From positions 1 through 64,000 of the forward strand of contig JAEOTO010000033.1 in assembly GCA_016839805.1 (NCBI GenBank): a stretch of DNA of 64,000 bases, given 5' to 3'. The notes beneath the pieces are model-generated. The model searched no databases, was not told the origin of the DNA, and was given only the letters and a program-made list of their open reading frames with translations. How positions within the stretch are numbered: position 1 is the first letter of the stretch; each line of letters opens with the position of its first letter. The translations under genes were made by a program, and so were the position numbers. The stretch is from Candidatus Hermodarchaeota archaeon (lineage in GTDB: Archaea; Asgardarchaeota; Hermodarchaeia; Hermodarchaeales; Hermodarchaeaceae). Below, piece after piece: positions 18,277 through 28,128 of the stretch.

Positions 18277-20436
18277 CTATTGTCCAATGAATCGAGAAGC
18301 GAAAAGGTCAAATTGACTTAGAATTTCATTTGTAATACTGGGTTTTGTATTAGTTAATGCAGTTTTGAAATGAGTCATGGTTACTTGTGATGCTTCCAGA
18401 TTTTGGCGAATCGCGGCTAAGACCGCTTTGCGGCATACATTTTCGATATCCGCACCTGAATATCCACTAGTTTCTGAAGCGAGTTGATCTAAGTTCACAT
18501 CCTTAGCAATCGGCATGCGACGAGTATGAACCGTAAATATTGCGCGTCGAGCTTCTTCATCAGGTGGCGGGGTATAGATGAACATGTCAAATCGCCCTGG
18601 ACGAAGTAGAGCGGTATCAATGATATCAGGACGATTGGTTGCTGCTAAAACGACTACACCTTGAAGTTTTTCCATCCCATCTAATTCAACGAGTAATTGA
18701 TTGACAACCCGTTCACTAACACGGCTATCGAATCCAGAGCCCCGACGAGGAGCAAGATTATCCAATTCATCGATAAAAAGTACAGCAGGAGCTGCTTGTC
18801 GAGCGCGTCGAAAGATTTCAGCGATAATCTTCTCGGATTCACCCACCCATTTGCTCATGACTTCTGCGCCGCGTATAGAAATGAAATTCGCTTGACTTTC
18901 TGTAGCTACTGCTTTGGCAAGAAGGGTTTTCCCGGTTCCCGGAGGTCCAAATAAGAGTACACCTTTTGGTGGATTGACATTGAACCGCGAGAAAATATCA
19001 GGTCGGCTTATGGGCAGCTCCACGGCCTCTCGAATCGCTTGTTTTGCGGTTTCCATTCCACCAACATCATCCCAGTGGACCATTGGAATTTCAATAGCGA
19101 TTTCACGGAGTGCCGAAGGTTCGACGACTTGACGTGCTGTTCTAAAATCTTCAGAGGTTACCACAATTTGATTCATGACTTCAGGAGATACTTGCATTTG
19201 TTGTTCTTCGATTCGTGGGAGTACGCGACGTAAGGCCCCAAGAGCCGCTTCTTTTACGAGGAAAGCTAAATCAGAGCCAACAAATCCATGTGTTCCTTGA
19301 GCAAGTTGCTGTAAATCTACTGATGAATCCATGGGTACCCCACGAGTGTGCACTTGTAATATTTCTAGCCGTCCGCGAGTATCTGGAACGCGAATGTGAA
19401 TCTCACGATCAAAACGTCCAGGTCGGCGAAGAGCGGGATCGAGGGCTTCAAGTCGATTGGTCGCAGCAAGAATATAGACCTGATCGCGATCTTTGAGTCC
19501 GTCCATTAATGTAAGCAGTTGAGCGACAATTCGACTCTCCATTCCACCAGATTCACGGCGTGATGCGATAGCATCAATCTCATCGATGAATATAATTGCA
19601 GGTTTGTTTTTTTCTGCTTCATCGAAGACTTCGCGCAGGAATTTTTCGGATTCGCCATAATATTGGCTTACAATTTCGGGACCGTTGATTACTCGGAAGT
19701 AGGCTTCGCTTTCTGTAGCCACAGTTTTGGCGAGAAGGGTTTTTCCGCAGCCGGGTGGTCCATGTAGAAGAATTCCTTTAGGTGGTTCGATTTTAAGCCT
19801 GGTAAAGAGTTCAGGATGGCGTATCGGGAGTTCTACGATTTCGCGAATTCGATGAATCGCATCATCTAATCCACCGACATCGTCATATGTCACTGTAGCT
19901 ACTGCTTGTATTTCCTCGGGCGCTTCTTTCAGCAATTGAATTTCTGTATTCGCCGTTATGGTGACCGTTCCCGCAGGAACGGTTTTTGCTACATAGAATT
20001 TGGCTTCACCTAATGCAAAAGCTGCTTTTCCTACGGCAATAACTATATCCTTTTTGATAGGTTTGTTGAGTAGGTTGGTTTTCAAGAGCGATGCTGCCAA
20101 TTCTTGGCGATAATGAATCTCCTCACCCTTCAGCGGAGTTAATACAATGCTTCTAGCGGGTTGTGTTTCAGTTCCATGGAGAGTCACCAAATCTCCGATG
20201 CGCACACCAGCGTTAAGCCTGGTGAGACCATCCATTTTGATTACTGAACGATTGTGAAGTTTTTGGTCTCTGTAAGCCATGGCGCATATGCTTTTCTTTC
20301 CTACTATCTCAACTACAGAGCCATCTGGTAGCTGAAGTTGGTCTAAGAAAATAGGGTCAAGACGAACTGTGAAGCGTCCCACATCGACTGCACTGGCTTC
20401 AACAACCCGTAACGATGTCACAGACACTCTGGCCAC
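18277..20436 (-). CDS. cdc48: CDC48/p97/VAT-family AAA+ ATPase
   Basis: N-domain (LRVVEA..VDVGR, RLNAGVRIGD), D1 GPPGCGKT/FIDEID/ALRRPGRFDRE, D2 GPPGTGKT/FIDELD/LLRPGRFD. Confidence 0.96.
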   Translation of the reverse strand: MARVSVTSLRVVEASAVDVGRFTVRLDPIFLDQLQLPDGSVVEIVGKKSICAMAYRDQKLHNRSVIKMDGLTRLNAGVRIGDLVTLHGTETQPARSIVLTPLKGEEIHYRQELAASLLKTNLLNKPIKKDIVIAVGKAAFALGEAKFYVAKTVPAGTVTITANTEIQLLKEAPEEIQAVATVTYDDVGGLDDAIHRIREIVELPIRHPELFTRLKIEPPKGILLHGPPGCGKTLLAKTVATESEAYFRVINGPEIVSQYYGESEKFLREVFDEAEKNKPAIIFIDEIDAIASRRESGGMESRIVAQLLTLMDGLKDRDQVYILAATNRLEALDPALRRPGRFDREIHIRVPDTRGRLEILQVHTRGVPMDSSVDLQQLAQGTHGFVGSDLAFLVKEAALGALRRVLPRIEEQQMQVSPEVMNQIVVTSEDFRTARQVVEPSALREIAIEIPMVHWDDVGGMETAKQAIREAVELPISRPDIFSRFNVNPPKGVLLFGPPGTGKTLLAKAVATESQANFISIRGAEVMSKWVGESEKIIAEIFRRARQAAPAVLFIDELDNLAPRRGSGFDSRVSERVVNQLLVELDGMEKLQGVVVLAATNRPDIIDTALLRPGRFDMFIYTPPPDEEARRAIFTVHTRRMPIAKDVNLDQLASETSGYSGADIENVCRKAVLAAIRQNLEASQVTMTHFKTALTNTKPSITNEILSQFDLFASRFIGQ

Positions 20437-20525
20437 ACACCATTTTCACTACTTGGTATGAAAGGACTTAGTATACCCCTCGCGAGCAGCATATTTAACT
20501 CCGGCGCCTGATAGGAGATTACAAG

Positions 20526-21398
20526 TTGAGAGTTATGTCTACCCCAAAGCCAATTGAGGTTCTTTTTGATACAGGTCATAACGATGAAGTAGCTCCAGAC
20601 GAACCAGAACTTTCCCTGTTAGGAGAACTGCTCAAAAAAAATGCAATTAATTTTAACTTTACTAAGAACCCCCTTACCCCCGATTTATTTGAGAATTGTC
20701 ACGTTTTGGTGCTTGGGAATCCTCTTGACGCAGCATTTACTTCAGATGAAATTTCAGCCATCGTTTCTTTTGTTGAATCGGGAGGAGGACTGTTATTGAT
20801 TAGTGGAGCGACGATATTTGGAAAAGGCGGTGATTCGGCTCGTAGCACTAATCTTAACACAATAACAAAGGAATTCGACTTTGAATTTTCAGATAAGGCA
20901 ATCGCCATTTCGGAGGAACAAATCACAGCCATACCAAGTGCGCAACATCCTGTCGTTAAAGGTATTCGTCAACTTGAGTTTACCACTGGAACAAGTATCA
21001 AACCAGGTGATACTAGCACTCATCTTTTTCGGGCAACAAATATTCCAGGTAGCCCGACAATAGTAATTGCTACAGAGAGTGGAAAGGGACGAATATTAGC
21101 AATCGGTGGTGCTACACCTTTCTTTAATGATCATATTCAGGCTAGCGATCATGACTCATTTATAATTCAAGCTCTTTATTGGCTAGCTGGAGTTTCACCC
21201 ATTCCTTCAGTTACACGGTTAACGACTCCAAGTGAGGAAGTTGATGAAGTCCTAGCCCAGGAGGTAATTGATGACCTTCGGCAACAGCTTGAGCGCTTAG
21301 AACGAGAACTCAATGAGCTTAGAAATACAATCAATACTAGTTTGAAAGAAATGGAAAAAGTCATCCGAGAATTCCAACAAGATGAAGAGTCGACCTAG
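20526..21398 (+). CDS. Cytoplasmic GIFT (GldG/IFT52)-domain protein with C-terminal coiled coil
   Basis: VLFDTGHN, VLVLGNP...FTSDEISAIVSFVESGGGLLL, GKGGD...TNLNTITKEF, GKGRILAIG...WL; heptad tail; no signal peptide. Confidence 0.75.
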   Translation: MRVMSTPKPIEVLFDTGHNDEVAPDEPELSLLGELLKKNAINFNFTKNPLTPDLFENCHVLVLGNPLDAAFTSDEISAIVSFVESGGGLLLISGATIFGKGGDSARSTNLNTITKEFDFEFSDKAIAISEEQITAIPSAQHPVVKGIRQLEFTTGTSIKPGDTSTHLFRATNIPGSPTIVIATESGKGRILAIGGATPFFNDHIQASDHDSFIIQALYWLAGVSPIPSVTRLTTPSEEVDEVLAQEVIDDLRQQLERLERELNELRNTINTSLKEMEKVIREFQQDEEST

Positions 21399-21416
21399 TC
21401 GATATTTTCGAAGTTA

Positions 21417-22082
21417 CTATTTGGATGTATAAACAACTAGTTTTTCGATAGCTATTCGCCGCTCTAATTGGATTGCCCCAAGATTTTGTAAAGCCTGAAA
21501 ATCTACAATAATTTGAAAAAGCGGTCGATTCAGTATGGCGGCTAGTTCTTCTATTGATCGATCATCATTAACAGCTTCTAGTAGTGGATGGAGTTTGGAA
21601 GGAACCTGGCTTTCGGTGACAGTATGAACACGAACTGGAACATACCGTTCAGTGACAGCAAATGGTCGAAAAAGATAATCAATTAACGGCTGAAATTCCC
21701 GGAATGGACTTAAATCACCTAACCAATCTTGTAAGAGTTCTCCTTTTTGAAGTTCAATTCTTTTAATAAGCATACGCATTCGCGTTCGAATGGCAGCGAG
21801 GTCATGGGTTGAAAATGCAGCAACGTAGATATTTTGCCCATATTCAATGAGAATCTTCACATCTTCTCGATCGATGACCCGTAACCGTCCATCTTCCCGC
21901 TCTAATGTTCGTAGTTGTTGACCTTCCTCTGAGATGCGCCCAACAAGATCAGATAAAAACATACTCACAGCTGATAGGAAACCGGTAACGAGATCAGGTT
22001 CCATATTTTCAATCTGGAAGTCTTTTTGCAATAAAGTCCGTCCATCCCGATAGACAACATACAGACTATACAGTTGGGCCAT
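21417..22082 (-). CDS. Longin-domain + winged-helix protein (NPRL2-like architecture)
   Basis: LYVVYRDGRTLL...DLVTGFLSAVSMF longin motif; C-terminal YVPV...LLEAVNDDRSIEELA...LQNLGAI wHTH. Confidence 0.75.
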   Translation of the reverse strand: MAQLYSLYVVYRDGRTLLQKDFQIENMEPDLVTGFLSAVSMFLSDLVGRISEEGQQLRTLEREDGRLRVIDREDVKILIEYGQNIYVAAFSTHDLAAIRTRMRMLIKRIELQKGELLQDWLGDLSPFREFQPLIDYLFRPFAVTERYVPVRVHTVTESQVPSKLHPLLEAVNDDRSIEELAAILNRPLFQIIVDFQALQNLGAIQLERRIAIEKLVVYTSK

Positions 22083-22168
22083 ATCAAAGCACCAAGGTCT
22101 AATTCTCATTGATAGGTATGAAAAGAGATAAGCTTTACTAGAAAATAGTTAACGCAATAATAGCGCTA

Positions 22169-24745
22169 CTATGTTCGGGCTTGTGCGATTCGGTGGATTT
22201 CTCTGATGATTTCAGTGGGAGTTGTGAGTTCGTCTCCAATGTAAGTACGCCCTGAAGTGATATACGCCATATAAAATGCTAGAAATGGCACGAGTTTATC
22301 TTCTTTAATTCCAACCTCAATATAGTTGGCTTTATCAAGTTCATGGGCTCTTTTGTGAGCCCAATCTAAAATGACGTTATGATGGCGTTTGCCCTTAATT
22401 TTGAAGAACTCATGATGCAAATTAATTGTTATTAGCGGAATACGGTCACCTGCTAGGAGGAAACATTGGTGAAGCACGTCTGCGATGGCTTCCGGTAATC
22501 CCAAGTCAGGTGTGTCATTGCTGCTTAATTTGATATTCGGTAGGAAATCACTAAAGACGACGATCAGGGGAAGAGTACCAGGATTACGTCGTCGTTCGCG
22601 TTTAATGGTTTCACGAGCTCGTTTTAACCCGGCAGCAAGTGGGGTGTAACCAGAAAGTCGAAGGGTCATCAGTTTGGCCACTAAACGGGTCCAATTTGTG
22701 GTGGGAGTTTGCACTTCTGCAGCCCCCCAATCTTTCAATGCTATAAGTCCAACCCGATCTTTTGTACCCTCGAGACAGTTCTTAAAGGCAATCAGGGAGA
22801 GTTGGAGTTTTTCGAAATTTTTTACCATAGACACGCTTAGATCGACAACGAAGATAATCGTGAGTGGCGTTCGACTACGAAAACGTTTTTCCCGAATATC
22901 ACTTGCTCGAATCTTGACTCGGGGGGTTCGATTCGCTGCAGGATCTTGAAGAAGAGAAGCGGCCGTAATGGTTGCGGGAATATGAATATTCCGTGGCTTA
23001 CCTGAAGGTAGTCTTGAACCTAATAGGACCCCTCCCTGAGCGGTTCTAGAATGTGCAGATCCAGCACGTCGCCCCACTTGTTGAATAGACCATTTCGGGG
23101 CTCGTTGTCGTCCGAAATAACGGGGTTCTAGTAAATCTTCAAGATGAAAGAGAGGTCTACCTTCCTCAAGTCGGATGAGTGAGGAGGCGGAAAAGGGTTT
23201 AGGGGACCTAGGTTGTTGTTGAATCGAGATTTTTGCAGATGATGGGGTTGACGTGCCAATCGTTGGGGGGCTCGTAGATTCACCTCTATGTCTTGCACGA
23301 TGATATTTTCCTCCCGGATCTGGTGGTCTATCTCCAGAGGCGAGAGAGGGCATCACGGAGTACGCACGTCTATAGCGCCGCATTATCCGTTCTAATAAGA
23401 GTACTAATCCTGCAGCAATAATGCCTCCAATTACGAAATTTACGGGAAAGAGCGGGATTAGTAAACCAATTGCTAAGGCGATGACGATGTAGAAACATAC
23501 AAATCCTAAATACGAGCATCGCCCTGGCGGACCTTTGCTAGGTGGGGTTCCAAAAAAACGCTGATCATCCTGATTGCTATCTAGCGGATAGTATTGACCA
23601 AATTTCCGAGTAAGCTTCTGGTGCTTCTCTTTATCAGAAGGGGATTTATCCTTCGATTGAGGGTCTTTCGTCTTAACTTTCTTTTTTGCTTCCTTCAAGG
23701 TGGAACTAATATCTGCACGAGTGGGAGGTTCTAAGATTCCACGTTGTCGGGTTCGATGGCTAAGGGCTAGTGATGCAACTGTTTCAATGTCTTCAACTGT
23801 CACTTTCGTTCGACCATCAAAGGCTGCAAACGCCATGGCTGTCTTTGCGATTACTATATCTGGACGTGCACCATCTACTTGTAAACGTGAGGTAAGATTT
23901 GCGATAAGTTGCATCACGGCCTCAGGAATTACCACGTCTTTCATGCGTTCACGCGCTGCAGCGATTTCTTTGCTTAATTTCTCTTCTTTAGGGGCCCATT
24001 TTGCATTCATTGTTTTCGGATCACGTTCAAATGCAATATTCAACCGAATAATTTCGACACGTTCTTCTTCCGTAAAGGGGCGATGGATGGCAACATGGAG
24101 GGGAAATCGGTCTAGTAATTGGGGACGAAGTTCGCCTTCTTCTGGATTCATTGAACCAATGAAAATGAAACGGGCAGGATGACTTACTGAAATGCCTTCC
24201 CTTTCAACGACATTAACACCTGTGGCCGCAGCATCAAGAAGTGAATCAACGATGTGATCAGGAAGCAAATTCACTTCATCAACGTAAAGCAGATTCTGAT
24301 TCGCATCAGCTAAAATCCCTGGTTTTAATGCAGCGACGCCATCCCGAATAGCTCGTTCGACATCTAAACTACCAACGACCCGGTCCTCAGTAGCACTTAA
24401 GGGGAGATTTATCACGCGCATTTTACGTGTTTCAGTTTCGAGTTTCTCCTTCGCTTGAAGCTTCGTCAAGCAGGCCTCACAAAGGACAGAGTTATCATCA
24501 GTAGAGCAGCGGAATTGACAACCTTTTACGACTGGTATTTCAGGTAATAGAACTGCCAAGGAGCGAACAATCGTTGTTTTTCCTGTGCCTTTAGGTCCAG
24601 TGATGAGGAGACCTCCAATACGTGGATTGATGGCATTGAGTAGAAGAGCAAGTTTCAATTCATCATGATTGACAATAGCTGTGAAAGGAAGCGTTACCCG
24701 CGTTCCAGCCGTCTCATCTAGGACCAACGTGTGACCCTCAACCAC
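22169..24745 (-). CDS. ChlI/ChlD-like AAA+ ATPase - TM hairpin - vWA fusion
   Basis: [39 protein letters not shown]; two central TM helices; Pro/Ser-rich linker; MIDAS DLSVS, TPLAAGL, FSD. Confidence 0.88.
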   Translation of the reverse strand: MVEGHTLVLDETAGTRVTLPFTAIVNHDELKLALLLNAINPRIGGLLITGPKGTGKTTIVRSLAVLLPEIPVVKGCQFRCSTDDNSVLCEACLTKLQAKEKLETETRKMRVINLPLSATEDRVVGSLDVERAIRDGVAALKPGILADANQNLLYVDEVNLLPDHIVDSLLDAAATGVNVVEREGISVSHPARFIFIGSMNPEEGELRPQLLDRFPLHVAIHRPFTEEERVEIIRLNIAFERDPKTMNAKWAPKEEKLSKEIAAARERMKDVVIPEAVMQLIANLTSRLQVDGARPDIVIAKTAMAFAAFDGRTKVTVEDIETVASLALSHRTRQRGILEPPTRADISSTLKEAKKKVKTKDPQSKDKSPSDKEKHQKLTRKFGQYYPLDSNQDDQRFFGTPPSKGPPGRCSYLGFVCFYIVIALAIGLLIPLFPVNFVIGGIIAAGLVLLLERIMRRYRRAYSVMPSLASGDRPPDPGGKYHRARHRGESTSPPTIGTSTPSSAKISIQQQPRSPKPFSASSLIRLEEGRPLFHLEDLLEPRYFGRQRAPKWSIQQVGRRAGSAHSRTAQGGVLLGSRLPSGKPRNIHIPATITAASLLQDPAANRTPRVKIRASDIREKRFRSRTPLTIIFVVDLSVSMVKNFEKLQLSLIAFKNCLEGTKDRVGLIALKDWGAAEVQTPTTNWTRLVAKLMTLRLSGYTPLAAGLKRARETIKRERRRNPGTLPLIVVFSDFLPNIKLSSNDTPDLGLPEAIADVLHQCFLLAGDRIPLITINLHHEFFKIKGKRHHNVILDWAHKRAHELDKANYIEVGIKEDKLVPFLAFYMAYITSGRTYIGDELTTPTEIIREIHRIAQART

Positions 24746-24861
24746 TCATGCCCTTCTGCCGCTTATAGAATTTTGGGAAGAAGCATCAGTAATTATCTTG
24801 TTGGATATGGAATGGAGGGTTCAAGCAAAAACTTTAGTTCAACAGGCGCAGGGTGTAATCT

Positions 24862-25380
24862 ATGACAACCCAGCCACCAAAGGATTTTCGTAGTGGTCTC
24901 GGAGCAGCTTATGTTGCGACCCGAGATCATCTAAGCTACCTGCTAACTGACTTGACTCCAGAGCAGGCGGCAAAAAAGGCTACTCCAGATTCACGGACTA
25001 TTCTCTATTATCTAACCCATATCGCGAATTCAGAACTCTATTGGCTGGCAGCCACAGGACGAAAAGTTATCGTCTATGCAAAACAGGTTCCCCTTGATAT
25101 CGCAATTGATCTCTTAGACGAAGTCCGTAGTCGTATTCTACGAGAACTAAAAAAGTGTTCAGAGGAAGAACTCAGTTTTCAAGCGCCCACGAAGGGCGAA
25201 AAGCCTAGTCTCGGATGGGTCATATCCCACATTACGCTCCACGCATTATATCATAGTGCAGAGATTATCTTCACACGCTACGCAGTAGGGGGATCAGACT
25301 TACCCAATGATGAAGTGGAAGATTCATGGAGTCGTATGATGAATGCGATGGCGCATCTCATCTTTTTTGTAAAACAGTAA
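24862..25380 (+). CDS. DinB/YfiT-family protein
   Basis: LTHIANSELYW and HITLHALYH His motifs; helical bundle. Confidence 0.8.
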   Translation: MTTQPPKDFRSGLGAAYVATRDHLSYLLTDLTPEQAAKKATPDSRTILYYLTHIANSELYWLAATGRKVIVYAKQVPLDIAIDLLDEVRSRILRELKKCSEEELSFQAPTKGEKPSLGWVISHITLHALYHSAEIIFTRYAVGGSDLPNDEVEDSWSRMMNAMAHLIFFVKQ

Positions 25381-25900
25381 ACTCGTTAAAAGCATCTTGA
25401 AAAATCTTGAATGACGCAGGATCAAATAAACAAAATACAATACGACGCAACGAAGTTTTCACTTGATTGAGATATTCTATCGTGGCTGACAAAATGACCT
25501 TCGCGGCCCGTTCTTTGGGGAAACCAAAGATACCTGTACTGATCGCTGGGAAAGCAATACTTCGCAAACCTTTTGCATCAGCAAGTTTCAAACTATTTTG
25601 CACTGCGCTAGCGAGTTTTTGATCTTCTTCACCTTCACCCCAGCGAGGGCCAACTGCATGAATAACGTAGCGTGCTTTTAAGTTTCCACCAGTGGTGATA
25701 ACTGCTGTACCAACTGGTGTGCCACCAATATCATTGCATTCATGTTGGATAGCAGGACCTCCACGACGACGAATCGCTCCAGCGACTCCCCCACCCAATT
25801 GAAGTGATTCACCTGCCGCGTTCACGATCGCATCTGTTGCTAAATCGGTGATATCACCTTGGAGGAGTTCAACCATGACCTTGTTGATAACCCGCCGCAT
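25358..25900 (-). CDS. Macro domain protein (ADP-ribose/O-acetyl-ADP-ribose hydrolase)
   Basis: QGDIT, DAIVNAA, GGGVAGAI, VIHAVGP, SIAFPAISTGIFGFP. Confidence 0.95.
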   Translation of the reverse strand: MRRVINKVMVELLQGDITDLATDAIVNAAGESLQLGGGVAGAIRRRGGPAIQHECNDIGGTPVGTAVITTGGNLKARYVIHAVGPRWGEGEEDQKLASAVQNSLKLADAKGLRSIAFPAISTGIFGFPKERAAKVILSATIEYLNQVKTSLRRIVFCLFDPASFKIFQDAFNEFTVLQKR

Positions 25901-25995
25901 GCAACAACACCCATTAGATCAACCACTATTTCCACACACGTTTCTATTTCAACTTAAAAATTATCCCTTGAGAGGAATATCTTTCTCTTAGTAGA

Positions 25996-26685
25996 TTAGG
26001 GTGGAGGCGGAGGAAAGACTGGAGAGTATAACAAACCCGTTAATCCAGCAAAGATGATTAATCCCCAGGAGAGCATGATCAGGAAGAGACTGAAAAAGAA
26101 TGCACCTCTTTGCCCCGGTGGATCAACGAGATTCAGTTCTTCATCCAGGTATTGGGCTTTGAAAGCTGCTCGAACATAAAATATTGCGGCTATACCAAGT
26201 GGCACCCATATCAGGTCGACAAAAGTCCAAACCGTGAACGAAATGGCTGCAATCCCAGCAAGAACTCCTCCAAGCATAGTCCAAAGGTAGAAGTCAGCAA
26301 GAACGAAAGCCCCGGTTTCCCAGAGGACACCAGTAACCATTGCAAATGGTTCGCCATAAGGACTTCCCTTGAAGCGCCGCCCGAGGTATCCTACGATATA
26401 TGCTTCAATTCCGCGGACAGCAACAACACCAGGAATGTATACAGCAGGTAAGCCAGAATATGTGATGAGCAGACCTTTGCCAATTAGTTGACCCATCACC
26501 GTAACGATTAAGCCAATTTCGGGACCGTACAAAATGGCAACAGCAAAAATAAGTATCGATGAAGCGTCATAACTGCCAAGAGGGGTAGGTATCACAATAC
26601 TGGCGAATGAAAAAACCGCCATTAAAGAACCCAGAATCCCAAGGGTGGCGACATACATTGATCGCGGGGATTTGAACTCGATCAT
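25996..26685 (-). CDS. ECF transporter S component
   Basis: About 6-7 TMs; AILYGP..G motif; VRGIEAYIVGYL. Confidence 0.75.
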   Translation of the reverse strand: MIEFKSPRSMYVATLGILGSLMAVFSFASIVIPTPLGSYDASSILIFAVAILYGPEIGLIVTVMGQLIGKGLLITYSGLPAVYIPGVVAVRGIEAYIVGYLGRRFKGSPYGEPFAMVTGVLWETGAFVLADFYLWTMLGGVLAGIAAISFTVWTFVDLIWVPLGIAAIFYVRAAFKAQYLDEELNLVDPPGQRGAFFFSLFLIMLSWGLIIFAGLTGLLYSPVFPPPPP

Positions 26686-26808
26686 AAATCCGTCCTCTCG
26701 GGTTGGTGAGTGTGGTCAACCACGCGTTGTTATACGTGTTGTATATAAGCCTTGTGTAAAATGGCGTAGGTTCATAAGGAAGTATTAATCAAGAACAAAG
26801 TCGGTTCA

Positions 26809-27372
26809 ATGCAGCGAGGGATGTTGATGTCAGAACACCCTGACACCCTGAAAAAAAGGCTGGAAACCAGCATTCATTCTCTCACACCAACCCCTGGGTT
26901 TGCACAACTTATACCGGAGGTAGGAAGTAATTTCGTTGCCTGCTTGCCAAAAGCTTCTCAGTTATCTCAGGTTGCAGGTCTGACAGGTCGAATCATCATT
27001 GTAAAGGGTCAGCCCGAAGCCGTTGGTGAAGTGGATTTTGGATGGGCACCCTTTATGGGTCAGGTGATGTTGAAAGCTTACAGTGTGAATAATCAAATTC
27101 GCTCGGCAATATCTTTACGCTATTCAGCGGCGATTGTGGAAGCAGCTCGAAAGGCTGGTTTACAAGTTGTAGGTTTTAGGTTACCTGAAAACCATCCTGT
27201 TCCTGCGTGTATGACACTTCTGGCATTGTCAAGACTCAAGTTTGTTCCTGAAGTCCTTTTTGATTGGGGAGCTCATGGTCTTGAACCACTGGTTATTGTA
27301 TTCGCTTCTAATCCAGAAGAGATAACCCAACGAGTTCAGGGCATTATCAAAGAATTAGTAATCGATGAGTGA
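26809..27372 (+). CDS. Stand-alone ThiN (thiamine-phosphate synthase-like) domain protein
   Basis: LIPEVGSNF, VAGLTGRI, IRSAISLRY, D.G.HGLEP; likely start ATG 26827. Confidence 0.8.
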   Translation: MQRGMLMSEHPDTLKKRLETSIHSLTPTPGFAQLIPEVGSNFVACLPKASQLSQVAGLTGRIIIVKGQPEAVGEVDFGWAPFMGQVMLKAYSVNNQIRSAISLRYSAAIVEAARKAGLQVVGFRLPENHPVPACMTLLALSRLKFVPEVLFDWGAHGLEPLVIVFASNPEEITQRVQGIIKELVIDE

Positions 27373-28126
27373 TGATTTCTTGTTGACTACGCCAACTACG
27401 AACTCCACACATAAACAGGCTGTAAGTACCGCCTTTGGAGCACTTGCTCCATTTTATGACGCATGGTATCAAACTCCCTTAGGCAAATATGTTTGGACAG
27501 TAGAATCTGCAGCCATAAAGGCCCTGCTTCCTGACCAACTGCAAGGTGTAATTTTTGATATTGGCATAGGAACTGGGATGTCACTGACTCTACTTTCATC
27601 AGAATCTGGTCAAATTGTTGGAATTGATATTGCCTGGGAAATGTTGGATGTCGCTTATCAAAAAAGTCACAACATAACTAGAGTGCATCTTGTTCTTGCT
27701 GATTGCGAAAAATTACCTTTCCGAGAAGAGGTTGCTGATTTTGTATTTAGCATGACTGTTCTGGAGTTTGTTTCCAACCCCGATCAATTCCTACAAGAAA
27801 TTTGCAAGTCTCTCAATCCAAATGGGTGGCTGCTTCTTGGAGTTTTATCTTCTACTAATCTCTGGGCGGCAGAACGTCGAATTCGATGCTTCGTTAAACC
27901 CGATGTGTTTCGTTTTGCACGGTTTCCCAGTCCCTGGCAAGTAACGCGTGCACTTTTCCGAAATGGATTTATCCAGATTCAATATCGAGGTGCCGTTTAT
28001 GCCCCTAGCTTCACTCCCTCACGGCTTTTAGCAAGTTGTGCAATAATTGAAAAAAAACTGAGTCACCGGTGGCTATGGCGTGCTCTAGGAGCGTTTCTGG
28101 TGATACGTGCACAAAGAACCAAATAA
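27365..28126 (+). CDS. Class I SAM-dependent methyltransferase
   Basis: YDAWYQTPLG, DIGIGTG, GIDIAWEML, LPF, LEFV; overlaps the upstream gene. Confidence 0.9.
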   Translation: MSDDFLLTTPTTNSTHKQAVSTAFGALAPFYDAWYQTPLGKYVWTVESAAIKALLPDQLQGVIFDIGIGTGMSLTLLSSESGQIVGIDIAWEMLDVAYQKSHNITRVHLVLADCEKLPFREEVADFVFSMTVLEFVSNPDQFLQEICKSLNPNGWLLLGVLSSTNLWAAERRIRCFVKPDVFRFARFPSPWQVTRALFRNGFIQIQYRGAVYAPSFTPSRLLASCAIIEKKLSHRWLWRALGAFLVIRAQRTK

Positions 28127-28128
28127 CC

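Noticed and set aside
22169-24745. Magnesium chelatase for chlorophyll synthesis
   Set aside because: No ChlH or tetrapyrrole context; the ChlI/D-like AAA+/vWA fold is widespread in archaea.
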